Assembly (NCBI GenBank): GCA_965225855.1
Contig: CBDDCK010000005.1
Location: forward strand, 512,001 to 576,000
Direction: 5' to 3'
From: Spirochaetia bacterium
GTDB taxonomy: Bacteria > Spirochaetota > Spirochaetia > SP-2023
DNA length: 64,000 bases
Positions 29,681 through 39,868 of this stretch are shown piece by piece. Below the pieces are notes generated by a model, which was not told where the DNA came from, made no database searches, and saw only the letters and a program-made list of their open reading frames with translations. The position numbers and the translations under genes are program-made. How positions within the stretch are numbered: position 1 is the stretch's first letter; each line of letters opens with the position of its first letter.

Positions 29681-32596
29681 ATGCACTTTGAAAAACAAGC
29701 CTACCAAGAAGATTGCGTAAACAATATCATTCAAGTTTTACAGGCTTGTGATGTCCGCAATAACGATTTTAGCCATTTACCCAATGCCATTGATCAATTA
29801 TGGCGGGAAAGAGGCTATACTCAATTTATCAAAAGAGATGTAAAGCGTTTAGATATTTTAATGGAAACGGGTACGGGCAAGACCTTTACTTACCTGAAAA
29901 CCATTTTTGAAATGCATAAAAATTTTGCTAAAACGAAATTTATTATTGTATTGCCACGCACGGCGATCAAGCTGGGTGTGGTGCAAAATATCAAATTGAC
30001 ACGGGATTTTTTCTTTCAAGAATACGGCCAACACTTAAAATATATCGACTATCCCAAAGAGAGACTTTCTAAAATACAACACGACTTTTTAAATACCGAT
30101 GATTTGGTGGTTTTGCTTACAACCAACAGCGCCTTTAATTCCGACAAAAATAAAATCAATCAAAGTACCGAAACGCTTTTTGAGCAAGGCAGCGTTTGGA
30201 ATGGCATTAAAAATATAAAGCCCATTATCATTATTGACGAACCGCATTTACTCTCGGGTGCCGAAACCCAAAAAGGCTTGGATAAGTTGGATAATAGCCT
30301 ACAAATCCGCTTTGGTGCGACTTTCCCCAAAGACAAAAAAGACCAAGCTCATCATCTCTCCAATGTGGTTTATAGTTTGGATAGTATTTCCAGTTTTCGG
30401 CAGTATTTGGTCAAAGGCATTACGGTGCATACCCTTATGGGTGATTGGGAACAAGGGGGCTTAAAAGTCTCTGCTCTCGAAAGTAAGGCCAAAACTTTTA
30501 TGGCAGTGTATGATATAAACCAAGTCGTGTATAAAAAGAAAATTAGAGTAGGTGAGGATATAGGGACGATTACCGGCTTAGAAAATTACAAAGGGGTAAG
30601 TGCTACTCAAATCAAGAAAGATAAAGTGTATTTGACAAACCAAAGCATTTTAGAAGTCAGCAAAGAGGCTTATGAATTGGGCGATCAAGAAATGCTCTTT
30701 ATGATTAAAGAGGCCATCGCCAAACATTTTGCCAAAGAACAAAAGCTGTTTGATAAAGGCATTAAAGCGCTATCGTTATTTTTTATCCCGCGTATAGACG
30801 ACTTTAGAGAAAATGAGCAAAACCCGAATCCGCGTATCAAAACTATTTTTGCAGCAGAATATAAAATTCAAAGAGACCACATCTTAAAAACCACGCAAAA
30901 CGAAGCCTATAAAAATTACCTTGCCAAAGACTTTAGCGAGTCAGGAAAATTACAAGTGCATGAAGGCTATTTTTCAGGCGATAAAATCTCTACTAAAGAT
31001 AAAGACGCAGGCTTAAATAAAGAAGATTTGGGAGTAAATTTAATCTTAAATGAAAAGCAAAAATTGCTTTCATTGGAAACGTCTTTGCGGTTTATTTTTT
31101 CGGTTTGGGCTTTGCAGGAGGGCTGGGACAATCCCAATGTTTTTACCATTTGCAAATTAGCCGATACCGCCAAAGATACCAGCCGCAGGCAACAAGTCGG
31201 GCGGGGCTTGCGAATCGCCGTCAATCAAAACGGCGTAAGGCAGACCTACCAAAAGTTATATGAAAAAGAGCATGATTTTTACGACATCAACACTTTGGAT
31301 ATGATAGTCTCTGGTAAAGAAAGAGAATTTATTCATGCCATACAGCAAGAGATACAACAAGCAAGTTTTTCTTTGGTGGGCGATGTGGTTTCGCCCGATA
31401 CGCTCAAAGATTTAGAGTTGAGCGATGGCGAAAGTAATTCCATATTGAACACCTTAAAACGAAAGAAAATTATAAACGATGAAGGTGTTATTTTGTCTTC
31501 GATTTATGAGTTTTTGAAAGTCAATAAACAAGCCGTAGATGAAACAAGTGATTTTAACGGCGATATGAAAATCATCGATGAACGCTACCAAGAAATCTTA
31601 AAAATCTTTACTGATAATAGAAATTTGGTAAAAGACGGCAACCAGGAAAAGTACAAGAAAAAAGTAAAAATCCGTCCGAACCAATGGCAACAATTTAAAA
31701 CGCTGTGGCAAGCTATTAGTAAAAAATCCAAGATTGTTTATAAAAATATAAATGAGCAGAAACTTGTTGAGAAAGTCGCTGAAGAATTTAACAGACAAGA
31801 TATAGAGCCTATCCAGATCAAGCGATTGATACAAAAATACAATGCCCAAAGCGACCAAATTGAAAACACAGAAGAAACCCAAATGGGGCAAATAGATTTT
31901 TTCCAAACACAAAAGTTTAGCGATTTTTTAGATTTCTTTGTCAAAAAAGAAAAGCTACCGTTTGGCTTTATGCTCAAACTGTTAAATAAAATGGATAAAC
32001 AAAAAATTCAAAACAACCCTAAAAAAGCCCAAGCCAGATTATTAGAGATATTCAAAGATACCATACACGGCAATATTTTCAGTAGCGTATCTTATCAATT
32101 TATGGAAACCTCCATTTACCCTAACGATTTACAAAATGAAGATGGACACAAAAAACCTAGCATTCCCTATACACTTTTGGGTAAGTCTTTTACAGAAAAA
32201 GATATACCGGAGAACCTCCTCTACGATACTATTTGCTATGATTCAGACATAGAAGCAGAGATACAACAAGAGGACTTCCAAAAAGTCAATGGTAAAACCA
32301 TCACTGTCTTTGCAAAGTTGCCCCAAATACCTATTCCAACGCCTTATAAAAACTACAATCCAGACTTTGCTTATTTGATAGATGAAGATAATCGCAAAAA
32401 ATTATTTCTCATTGTAGAAACCAAAGGCTACAAAAATCAAGATGATATTCCGAAAGAAGAAAAGCAAAAAATCGACTATGCCAAGAAATTTTTTGAATCT
32501 TTAAAAAATCAACTCAAAGATGAGAATATAGAAGTCCGATATAAAACGCGGATCAATGGGCAGAGTTTGAGTGATTTATTGCAAAATACCGGATAA
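29681..32596 (+). CDS. res: Type III restriction endonuclease Res (res2)
   Basis: METGTGKT, IIIDEPH, WALQEGWDNPN, QQVGRGLRI, YNPDFAY..LIVETKG. Confidence 0.96.
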   Translation: MHFEKQAYQEDCVNNIIQVLQACDVRNNDFSHLPNAIDQLWRERGYTQFIKRDVKRLDILMETGTGKTFTYLKTIFEMHKNFAKTKFIIVLPRTAIKLGVVQNIKLTRDFFFQEYGQHLKYIDYPKERLSKIQHDFLNTDDLVVLLTTNSAFNSDKNKINQSTETLFEQGSVWNGIKNIKPIIIIDEPHLLSGAETQKGLDKLDNSLQIRFGATFPKDKKDQAHHLSNVVYSLDSISSFRQYLVKGITVHTLMGDWEQGGLKVSALESKAKTFMAVYDINQVVYKKKIRVGEDIGTITGLENYKGVSATQIKKDKVYLTNQSILEVSKEAYELGDQEMLFMIKEAIAKHFAKEQKLFDKGIKALSLFFIPRIDDFRENEQNPNPRIKTIFAAEYKIQRDHILKTTQNEAYKNYLAKDFSESGKLQVHEGYFSGDKISTKDKDAGLNKEDLGVNLILNEKQKLLSLETSLRFIFSVWALQEGWDNPNVFTICKLADTAKDTSRRQQVGRGLRIAVNQNGVRQTYQKLYEKEHDFYDINTLDMIVSGKEREFIHAIQQEIQQASFSLVGDVVSPDTLKDLELSDGESNSILNTLKRKKIINDEGVILSSIYEFLKVNKQAVDETSDFNGDMKIIDERYQEILKIFTDNRNLVKDGNQEKYKKKVKIRPNQWQQFKTLWQAISKKSKIVYKNINEQKLVEKVAEEFNRQDIEPIQIKRLIQKYNAQSDQIENTEETQMGQIDFFQTQKFSDFLDFFVKKEKLPFGFMLKLLNKMDKQKIQNNPKKAQARLLEIFKDTIHGNIFSSVSYQFMETSIYPNDLQNEDGHKKPSIPYTLLGKSFTEKDIPENLLYDTICYDSDIEAEIQQEDFQKVNGKTITVFAKLPQIPIPTPYKNYNPDFAYLIDEDNRKKLFLIVETKGYKNQDDIPKEEKQKIDYAKKFFESLKNQLKDENIEVRYKTRINGQSLSDLLQNTG

Positions 32597-32603
32597 ATGG
32601 CAA

Positions 32604-33167
32604 TTACCTCGAAATTTTTTGTATTAGGCAAGATGCATAGGCTTCTAAAGCATTACCTTGGCCGACTGCTCCAACCCCTTCTTTGGTTTTGGCTTTCACG
32701 CTAATTTGTTCTAACTGTAAAGCGGTCATCGAGCTAACATCAGTAGCAATGGGCGAAAAGCCTTTTAGCAAATGGCTGCGGATATCATCAATAATGGGTC
32801 GCAAGCGAATTTTTTCCAATACAACAGTGCAATCGAGATTGACGAGATGAAAGCCTCTGACCTGTATCCAATCCCGATAGACAATTTGGAGCATTTCAAG
32901 ACTGTTGGCGTTGTGCCAACAATTTTCTGAAGGCGGGAAATAGGTGCCTATATCGCCAAGGGCTAGAGCACCGAGCAAACTATCTATAACCGCATGGCAT
33001 AAAACATCACCATCAGAATGGGCAATTGCAGTATAGGCACAGGGAATAAAATAACCCCCTAAGTATAATCCATTACCATCTTTCAGGCGATGTAAATCAT
33101 AACCTTGGCCAATGCGTAAAGAAGATAGGCTATAAGAACAATCGCCAGGAACTGAAGAAACCGACAT
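32604..33167 (-). CDS. ispF: 2-C-methyl-D-erythritol 2,4-cyclodiphosphate synthase
   Basis: RIGQGYDLH, HSDGDVLCHA, GDIGTYFP, SVKAKTKE. Confidence 0.96.
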   Translation of the reverse strand: MSVSSVPGDCSYSLSSLRIGQGYDLHRLKDGNGLYLGGYFIPCAYTAIAHSDGDVLCHAVIDSLLGALALGDIGTYFPPSENCWHNANSLEMLQIVYRDWIQVRGFHLVNLDCTVVLEKIRLRPIIDDIRSHLLKGFSPIATDVSSMTALQLEQISVKAKTKEGVGAVGQGNALEAYASCLIQKISR

Positions 33168-33199
33168 GAAAATTTTATCAACTATTCTTAGCCAGACCC

Positions 33200-33739
33200 T
33201 TAGTTGTTACTATTTTCCAGGCGAGTATGCAGCAAATCTTCAATTTCCTCTTTCTCAAGATTCATAGCTAAAGCAATTTCTTCAACTAAAATCTTGAGGG
33301 CATTGTCGTAAAGCTTGCGCTCTAAAATCGGCAATTCTTTCACTTTACTTCGGTGATATAAAGAGCGAACCACAGTAGCTATATCCATAACTCCGCCTAC
33401 TTTTAATAAATCTAAATTATTCTGGTAACGCAACTTCCAATCACTGGTTAAAGGCTCATCTTTATTGGACATCGAAATCAATGCTTTCTCGGCATCTGCT
33501 TTGGCAACAACCGGGCGCAAACCCAACTGATTTGCTTTATTAATGGGTAGCATAATTGTCATATCCGTTGCATTAACATAAATCGTATAATATTCGACAT
33601 TCTCCCCTTTAAATATTCGGTTACTTCTTTCTGTAATTTTGCCAACTCCTTGCAACGGGTAGACAACATCTTGCCCAACTTTGAAGCTAAATTTTTTCTG
33701 GGAAGAATTTTTACTAGGAGCAGATCTGGATATTGGCAT
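33200..33739 (-). CDS. carD: CarD-family transcription factor
   Basis: FKVGQDVVYPLQGVGKI, GLRPVV, DWKLRY, LPILERKLY. Confidence 0.93.
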   Translation of the reverse strand: MPISRSAPSKNSSQKKFSFKVGQDVVYPLQGVGKITERSNRIFKGENVEYYTIYVNATDMTIMLPINKANQLGLRPVVAKADAEKALISMSNKDEPLTSDWKLRYQNNLDLLKVGGVMDIATVVRSLYHRSKVKELPILERKLYDNALKILVEEIALAMNLEKEEIEDLLHTRLENSNN

Positions 33740-34165
33740 ATACTTTGGCTATTTTGTTTTAGATTCTTGTAACATGTGGTTTTACTGATGTAGGTCTATA
33801 TGGAAGATACGGGCATGGCACTGATAATAAAGTAAACCAGCTCATTGAGCTAAACCGGAATGAAATGCATAGGTTGGGGATAACTCTGCCATATGGTTTG
33901 AATTATACTGCTAATCTCATCTTATGGATAATTTGTCTGGATAAGACCGAGCATAAATGGTTAAAGATCGCTAAACGAAAATGGCAAGTGCATAAAGGAA
34001 TATATAAGACCATAGATATAAAACTAAATTGATTATTATAATTATCAAAGAAAAGTCAAGTAATTTTATATCAAAATTAGATTTTTTGATCTTTGCTTGC
34101 CAAAGTATTATAAATCTTGATAAAATGCCATTTTTATAATTAGATTTCTTCGCTAATCCTTTAGC

Positions 34166-36472
34166 ATGGCGTTCCCTTTGAGTTTTGAGCTTGATTTTAA
34201 GTTTGTTTTTTTGTATTTGCAAAAGGGATTGTCTTATAAAAATGAGGTACTACGTTTGAATTATCGAATTTTCCGTTGGTTAATTACCGGCTCCATCGTG
34301 TCTTTACTCTTTACTGTTGTGTTGTCTTTGACAATGTTGTTTTCTGGCAATTTTGGCGATGATGAGAAAAATCGTGAAATTACTTTAGAGCTAAAACACA
34401 TTGTGCAGCAAATAGCGGATAACCAAAGTAAGCTAATTGCAGATTCTCATCAAGTTAGTAAATTATTAAATATTCCTGCAGAACAATACCGCCAGCTAAA
34501 TTCCTCTAGTTTTCTTCAAGAGCAGCCGGATTCTCAAGGGCCGAAAAAATTGGTGCATACAAATAACATGACCAATGAGATAGTGGTAGAACCATTGGAA
34601 AAAGCAGGTAATTCTTTGGAGATCGCTTTTTTTGATGCCTTGCGTTATCTAGACCAAAATTTGCAACAAGAAAAAATATGGAAAGAATTAAACGAATTGC
34701 TTGGTAGTAAAGACTGGAAAAATTTACTCAAAGAAATAAGATTGCGGCAAGAGCGCAATCACGATTCAGTATGGTTATTTCCCAGTAAAAAAAAATTATT
34801 ACCTAGTGGTCATATTGCTTCTAAATGGTTTGAGTTGCAAGCGGTTCAAGGGAAAAAAGCAGTACAGTTCAAATTGAGTAGCCCTTTTTCAAGTTATACT
34901 GGGGGGCTGGATATTAGCAAAGAATTACGTCTTTTTCTGCGTGAACAAAGTACGCAATTATATAGTTTGGCAACTCAATATGATAAAATGTATCAGTTTA
35001 TCAGTAGCCCTACCGTGCAAAAGCAATTGGCACGGCGTAAACTTTATATTAAGAGCTTGCAGCCTTCCAAAATAAAAAAAGACGCAACAACTGGAACTCG
35101 TATTTTAAATGTAGCCCAAACAGATTGGGAAGTGCGCACCCGTTATGAACAGATAGTAGCGCATTTTCATTTTGATGTGGATAACTATCAATTGCGGTGG
35201 AATGATAAAATCTACCAATCTGTACAGTTACTGCAATCTGATTGGAAGATATTTGTTGAAAATGTAGACACTCGTACAGAAGGCCAACGCCGCGAAGCAA
35301 AGATGCGTCAATATTTGTTGAAAATGTTTTCAGACTCCGCATTTTTATTGCAGATGGAGCAATACGGTTTTAAGCCAGCCAAAATGCCTCCGCGTGAAGA
35401 CCTTTATTACGAGTACTATGATTTGCTTGGTCAAAAAGGTCAGAAGATGGCGTCTTTTGCCTTACAAAAGCAAATTGGCGAAGCATATTTGATGGATCGC
35501 GATGATGTGAAAATTCGCGCTATCAAAAGCTTTTTAACAGGGGCTAGCGACTTACAAAGTTTGTTTAATGAAGATGATGTTGCGAGTATCGCTCAAAATA
35601 GTTCCTACTCTCCAAATGATGAGCAAGTTCAACAAAAAATTGCCAATACTTTCAATAACAAGAATACCAAGCAGAGGGATTTAGAAGTTATTTTGTTGAT
35701 TGGTACTCACTACAATATTGCCGATGTAATTATGCTTATATCCATTAATAAAGATACACAAACATTGACCATGATCAGCTTGCCCCGCGACCTTTACTAT
35801 AATAAAAGTAAAATTAATAATATTTACTCCATGTACGGGATTGCTACTTTTATGAAAGTATTGAGTGAGATAGCGGATATTGCCATAAGTAAATACATTA
35901 GCATTGATATGTATGCCTTTATTGAAGTTGTCGATTTGATTGGTGGTATCAATGTTTACCTGAAGGAAGATTTAATCGACCCAAGTTATAAAATAAAGCA
36001 AATGGGTAAATGGCAAACTTTGGTAATGCGCAAAGGCAAACAGCATCTTAATGGGCTAGGGGCTCTGCGTTATTCACGTTCGCGCCATACCAGTAATGAT
36101 TTTGAGCGTTCTGAGAGGCAACAATTGATTTTAAACCAAGTGTTGCAAAAGTTGAGTGGAGAATTGGGCAACCCTAAAAAATTGCTGCCATTTTTGAAAA
36201 TGATGCAAAAATATATTAAGACTAATTTCAGCACAACAGAAGCTTTGCGCTACTGGCTTTCATACGGCAAGTATAAACGCAACTTTGGCAATACCATAAA
36301 TACAAATAATGTGCTCTATTACACTTGGACAAATTATTTGCACTTGAATTCACAAGAATTAGCTAAAGCCAAACAAGATCAAAATTTTTCTCGTGGTGCA
36401 TTTATCCTACTGCCTAAACGCAATGATTGGAGTTTGATTCCCAATTATATTATGCAGTTGCAAAATAATTAG
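34166..36472 (+). CDS. LytR-CpsA-Psr (LCP) family protein with long N-terminal extension (true start may be TTG ~34256)
   Basis: N-terminal TM; ADVIML, ISLPRDLY, KIN, ALRYSRSRHTSNDFERSERQQ. Confidence 0.88.
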   Translation: MAFPLSFELDFKFVFLYLQKGLSYKNEVLRLNYRIFRWLITGSIVSLLFTVVLSLTMLFSGNFGDDEKNREITLELKHIVQQIADNQSKLIADSHQVSKLLNIPAEQYRQLNSSSFLQEQPDSQGPKKLVHTNNMTNEIVVEPLEKAGNSLEIAFFDALRYLDQNLQQEKIWKELNELLGSKDWKNLLKEIRLRQERNHDSVWLFPSKKKLLPSGHIASKWFELQAVQGKKAVQFKLSSPFSSYTGGLDISKELRLFLREQSTQLYSLATQYDKMYQFISSPTVQKQLARRKLYIKSLQPSKIKKDATTGTRILNVAQTDWEVRTRYEQIVAHFHFDVDNYQLRWNDKIYQSVQLLQSDWKIFVENVDTRTEGQRREAKMRQYLLKMFSDSAFLLQMEQYGFKPAKMPPREDLYYEYYDLLGQKGQKMASFALQKQIGEAYLMDRDDVKIRAIKSFLTGASDLQSLFNEDDVASIAQNSSYSPNDEQVQQKIANTFNNKNTKQRDLEVILLIGTHYNIADVIMLISINKDTQTLTMISLPRDLYYNKSKINNIYSMYGIATFMKVLSEIADIAISKYISIDMYAFIEVVDLIGGINVYLKEDLIDPSYKIKQMGKWQTLVMRKGKQHLNGLGALRYSRSRHTSNDFERSERQQLILNQVLQKLSGELGNPKKLLPFLKMMQKYIKTNFSTTEALRYWLSYGKYKRNFGNTINTNNVLYYTWTNYLHLNSQELAKAKQDQNFSRGAFILLPKRNDWSLIPNYIMQLQNN

Positions 36473-36524
36473 TTTTACGGATTTATCATGACCAATACTA
36501 AAAGATTATAAGGATCTATCAATC

Positions 36525-37949
36525 ATGCTGGAGTCAGCCGAATCACCAATTTTAGGCCATATTGCTATTGTGGGCCGACCCAATGTTGGCAAGTCTACTT
36601 TATTTAACTCTTTACTGGGGCAGCGGCGCAGCATTACTTCGCCAGAATCCGGGGTAACACGCGATGTCATTACCGAGCAAATTAATTTTCAAGGCTTTGA
36701 AGTTTTGGTTTCCGATAGCGGGGGGATACGAGCGGATTTAAAAGGCCCCATTCAGCCTAAGGCACGTAAAGGGCAAGCCGATGATACGCTTTGTTCTTGG
36801 CCACAGCTCAATCAGTGTGTGCAATCGCGTAGCCTCGCCTTGCTCAAAAAAGTAGATTTAATTCTTTGGGTTTTGGCATTGAGTGAATTTAATGCAGAAG
36901 ATCAACAATTGTTGGAGCAATTGCAGCCATTGCGTGAAAAAGTAATTTTGGTGATCAACAAAGTTGATACTAAGGAAAAGCAACCCCAAGCTTATAATTT
37001 TTATGAGTACGGCTTTCCTAATTTAGTGATTATTTCTGCTCTGCACCGAAGGGGTTTTCAGCAATTAGAACAAAATTGCATTGCCTTTTTACAGCAACAA
37101 GTAAAAGTAATCCCAGAGCTTCAAGAAACAGCAAAGGATATTACAGGCTATAGCCAAAATCCGCAGATTCGCTTTACTCTGATTGGTAGGCCTAATACCG
37201 GCAAATCTACTTTGTGCAATGCTTTAGTGGGCCATGAAACTTCATTGGTGTCGGATATGCCGGGTACTACACGTGATGTTATTACCCAGCAATTTTGTTG
37301 GAAAGGGAAATTTTATCAATTGACAGACACCGCTGGCATTCGGCGCAAAAATAAAGTACAGGAAAATGTGGAATATTATTCGGTCAATCGGGCCATAAAA
37401 AATTTGGATAATGTCGATGTTGCCGTATTGCTCATTGATAGCCGTGAAGGTATCCAACAGCAGGACAAAAAAATTGCCCAGCAAATTATTAAACGCGGGC
37501 GGGGCTTGATTCTTGCTCTCAACAAAATAGATTTACTGGAAACAGGGGCTAAAGCTGCATTGCGGGAGCTGGAAGAAAATACTCGTGAGCTATTCCCTCA
37601 TCTGCGCTATGCGCCCGTTTGCACCATATCAGCACTTTCTGGTAAAGGTATGAAGCAGCTTTTACAGGTTATCGACCGTGTTTATCTCCAGTTAAATAAA
37701 CGAATTAATACTGGTTTGCTAAACCAAGCTTTGCAAGATTGGGTTCGCTATGAGCCACCGCCCAGCCATGGTTCTCTGCGTTTTAAGGTGCGTTATTTGA
37801 CCCAAGTGGAAGTAAACCCATTGCGTTTTATTTTGTTTGTCAACCGCTCTAAATCGTTCCCGCAAAGTTATTTGAATTTTATACAAAACAAAATTCGCAA
37901 AGAGCTAGGCTTTAAAGACGTTACCCTACATTTGCATCTTCATGAGTAG
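36525..37949 (+). CDS. der: Ribosome biogenesis GTPase Der
   Basis: Two G domains (GRPNVGKST and GRPNTGKST, DTAGIRRK, NKxD) and a KH-like C-terminus. Confidence 0.97.
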   Translation: MLESAESPILGHIAIVGRPNVGKSTLFNSLLGQRRSITSPESGVTRDVITEQINFQGFEVLVSDSGGIRADLKGPIQPKARKGQADDTLCSWPQLNQCVQSRSLALLKKVDLILWVLALSEFNAEDQQLLEQLQPLREKVILVINKVDTKEKQPQAYNFYEYGFPNLVIISALHRRGFQQLEQNCIAFLQQQVKVIPELQETAKDITGYSQNPQIRFTLIGRPNTGKSTLCNALVGHETSLVSDMPGTTRDVITQQFCWKGKFYQLTDTAGIRRKNKVQENVEYYSVNRAIKNLDNVDVAVLLIDSREGIQQQDKKIAQQIIKRGRGLILALNKIDLLETGAKAALRELEENTRELFPHLRYAPVCTISALSGKGMKQLLQVIDRVYLQLNKRINTGLLNQALQDWVRYEPPPSHGSLRFKVRYLTQVEVNPLRFILFVNRSKSFPQSYLNFIQNKIRKELGFKDVTLHLHLHE

Positions 37950-38583
37950 TGTTCTCTGCAGTTTCTTCTGTGGAATGATGTTTCTTCTGTTGATAGTGTC
38001 GCCATATTTTGTTTACAGCATAGCCAACCATTCCGAGGAAAAACAGCAATAAAATCAATTGTACCGTGCGAATATCTTGCAGGATTTTATTGCTATAATA
38101 TCTGCTAAGTAAATAAATTACCGAAATACTCAATGAGCCGGATATTGTATCCAGCAATAAAAATTTCCAAACAGGGAAGTGTGTTATACCCGAAAACAAA
38201 GAGAGTGCGTTGCGAACTCCAAATGGAATTAGGCGGCCTAGCAGTATGGTTAAGGAGGCATGCTTAGCAAAGTGCTGGCTCAATAGGTCTAGCTTGCGCT
38301 GTGGCATTACGCGTTGGAATAAAGGCATTTTGAGTATCGAATCACCGGCTTTTCGCCCGATCACATAAGAAAGCATATCCCCTCCTACTGCCCCTGCAAT
38401 TAATGCCAAATGCATCCAGCCGATTTGTTGGGGCACCACATTGGAGACAAAAATTCCTGCGATAATTACCGTCAAGTCTTCAGAAATAGGGATATTCAAG
38501 GCGGCAATCACAAGAACGAAAAATATAATTAATGGTGCTATATTGGCATATTGATAAAGGATTTGCTCCAACCATTCTTGCAT
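37921..38583 (-). CDS. DedA family membrane protein
   Basis: IPISED, GDMLSYVIGR, GRLIPFGVR motifs. Confidence 0.9.
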   Translation of the reverse strand: MQEWLEQILYQYANIAPLIIFFVLVIAALNIPISEDLTVIIAGIFVSNVVPQQIGWMHLALIAGAVGGDMLSYVIGRKAGDSILKMPLFQRVMPQRKLDLLSQHFAKHASLTILLGRLIPFGVRNALSLFSGITHFPVWKFLLLDTISGSLSISVIYLLSRYYSNKILQDIRTVQLILLLFFLGMVGYAVNKIWRHYQQKKHHSTEETAENTTHEDANVG

Positions 38584-38621
38584 TGTGTTTCCTTATTTTT
38601 TGATTGTTTTGGGATTAGGCG

Positions 38622-39059
38622 TTATAAGTTATTTTTACTTGCATAAACAACGTAGCCATTATTTCGGCGCAGCAAGTACACTTCTGCTTGGGGAAAATAG
38701 AATAATGTTAGCATCTCATCACTGCCAGCTAGCATTCGGCTTTGACCCCATAGACTTTTGGCTAGCAAGCCATCATCTAAATGTTCTCCTACTAGCTGCC
38801 CTAATTCAGCCTCTGTAGGTTGTGAATTCTCCAAAACCGCTAGGGCTTCCTTGTTTGAGTTGTACTGGTCTAACTTGGAGGATTTTAGTTGCAAACGCAG
38901 ACCGATAATTACCCCCCCAAATATTAGGGTTGAAGCAATTAGCCAGGTATAGTTGCAGCGCAGGCGTTTTCGTACTAATAGTTTGCGTTCCCAGTATCTT
39001 TTCCAAGGTAGGGGTTCTGTTGCAAAGCATTCTAAATTTTCAGAAATATTTTTTTTCAT
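38622..39059 (-). CDS. Hypothetical membrane-anchored protein
   Basis: 145-aa ORF with one TM segment, co-oriented with dedA. Confidence 0.55.
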   Translation of the reverse strand: MKKNISENLECFATEPLPWKRYWERKLLVRKRLRCNYTWLIASTLIFGGVIIGLRLQLKSSKLDQYNSNKEALAVLENSQPTEAELGQLVGEHLDDGLLAKSLWGQSRMLAGSDEMLTLFYFPQAEVYLLRRNNGYVVYASKNNL

Positions 39060-39163
39060 ATAGATTAAAATTTTCGGTATATGTTTACAAGATTTTATTT
39101 AGATTTGCAGTTTATTACTGATTGTTCGTAGTATTTCAAGACAATCTAAATTAGAGAGCATAC

Positions 39164-39475
39164 ATGTTATCAAAAAATACAGCGAATATCAATCTTAGTG
39201 AAGACATTATCTCTGCGGACACCCGCTCGCGATACTGTTTTGTATGCGCTGCCTTTGTTTTAGAGCATTACAAGGAAATTATGAAAGATGGTGGCCAGAA
39301 ATCTTGCGATGTAGCGGTGCGTTGTGGCCATCTAAACCCACAAACGAAATATATTTTTTCGCGTTTGGGGATACAGCCTCTGCCACGCCAATACCGAACA
39401 AGCCACCCACCAACATGGGTCAAACTTGCAAGGTGTCAAACTGATGGGGTCTTCGATAACGCCAAAAAATGGTAA
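39164..39475 (+). pseudogene. Possible 5' remnant of a Mn-dependent inorganic pyrophosphatase (PpaC/DHH family)
   Basis: AVRCGHLNPQTKYIFSRLGIQP resembles the PpaC AR.G.LN.QT.Y.F..FG..P segment; a YLCGH and a DTV occur in shifted frames upstream. Confidence 0.4.
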
Positions 39476-39868
39476 TGCCAAACATTAGGAATAAGCCCTA
39501 CCACCCTCCAAGCCTTCACAACAAAAACCAAACCATGCCATAACTATGTACTTTTGAAAAGTAACAATTATGGACTAGGTCGGCCCATAGTTATCGACTT
39601 GCTGCGTCTATAGCTATGGATTGGTTGCTTTGATGGTTTATAGATTCAACTAATATGGAATGCAAATGGATTGGCATGGATTTTGAACCACCTTACAACA
39701 CAAAACAACACTAAGACACAAAAAAAGTGCCCAAACATAAAAAAGCACAAAAAAACTTACAAAAAGCCTTATAAAGGCCTTGACGCAACACCCCCCTAGC
39801 AAAATGGGGCACTGTACACTAGCCCGTATGGGTTGGCGAATCTTTATCCATTTTTGGAGGTATTGCTT

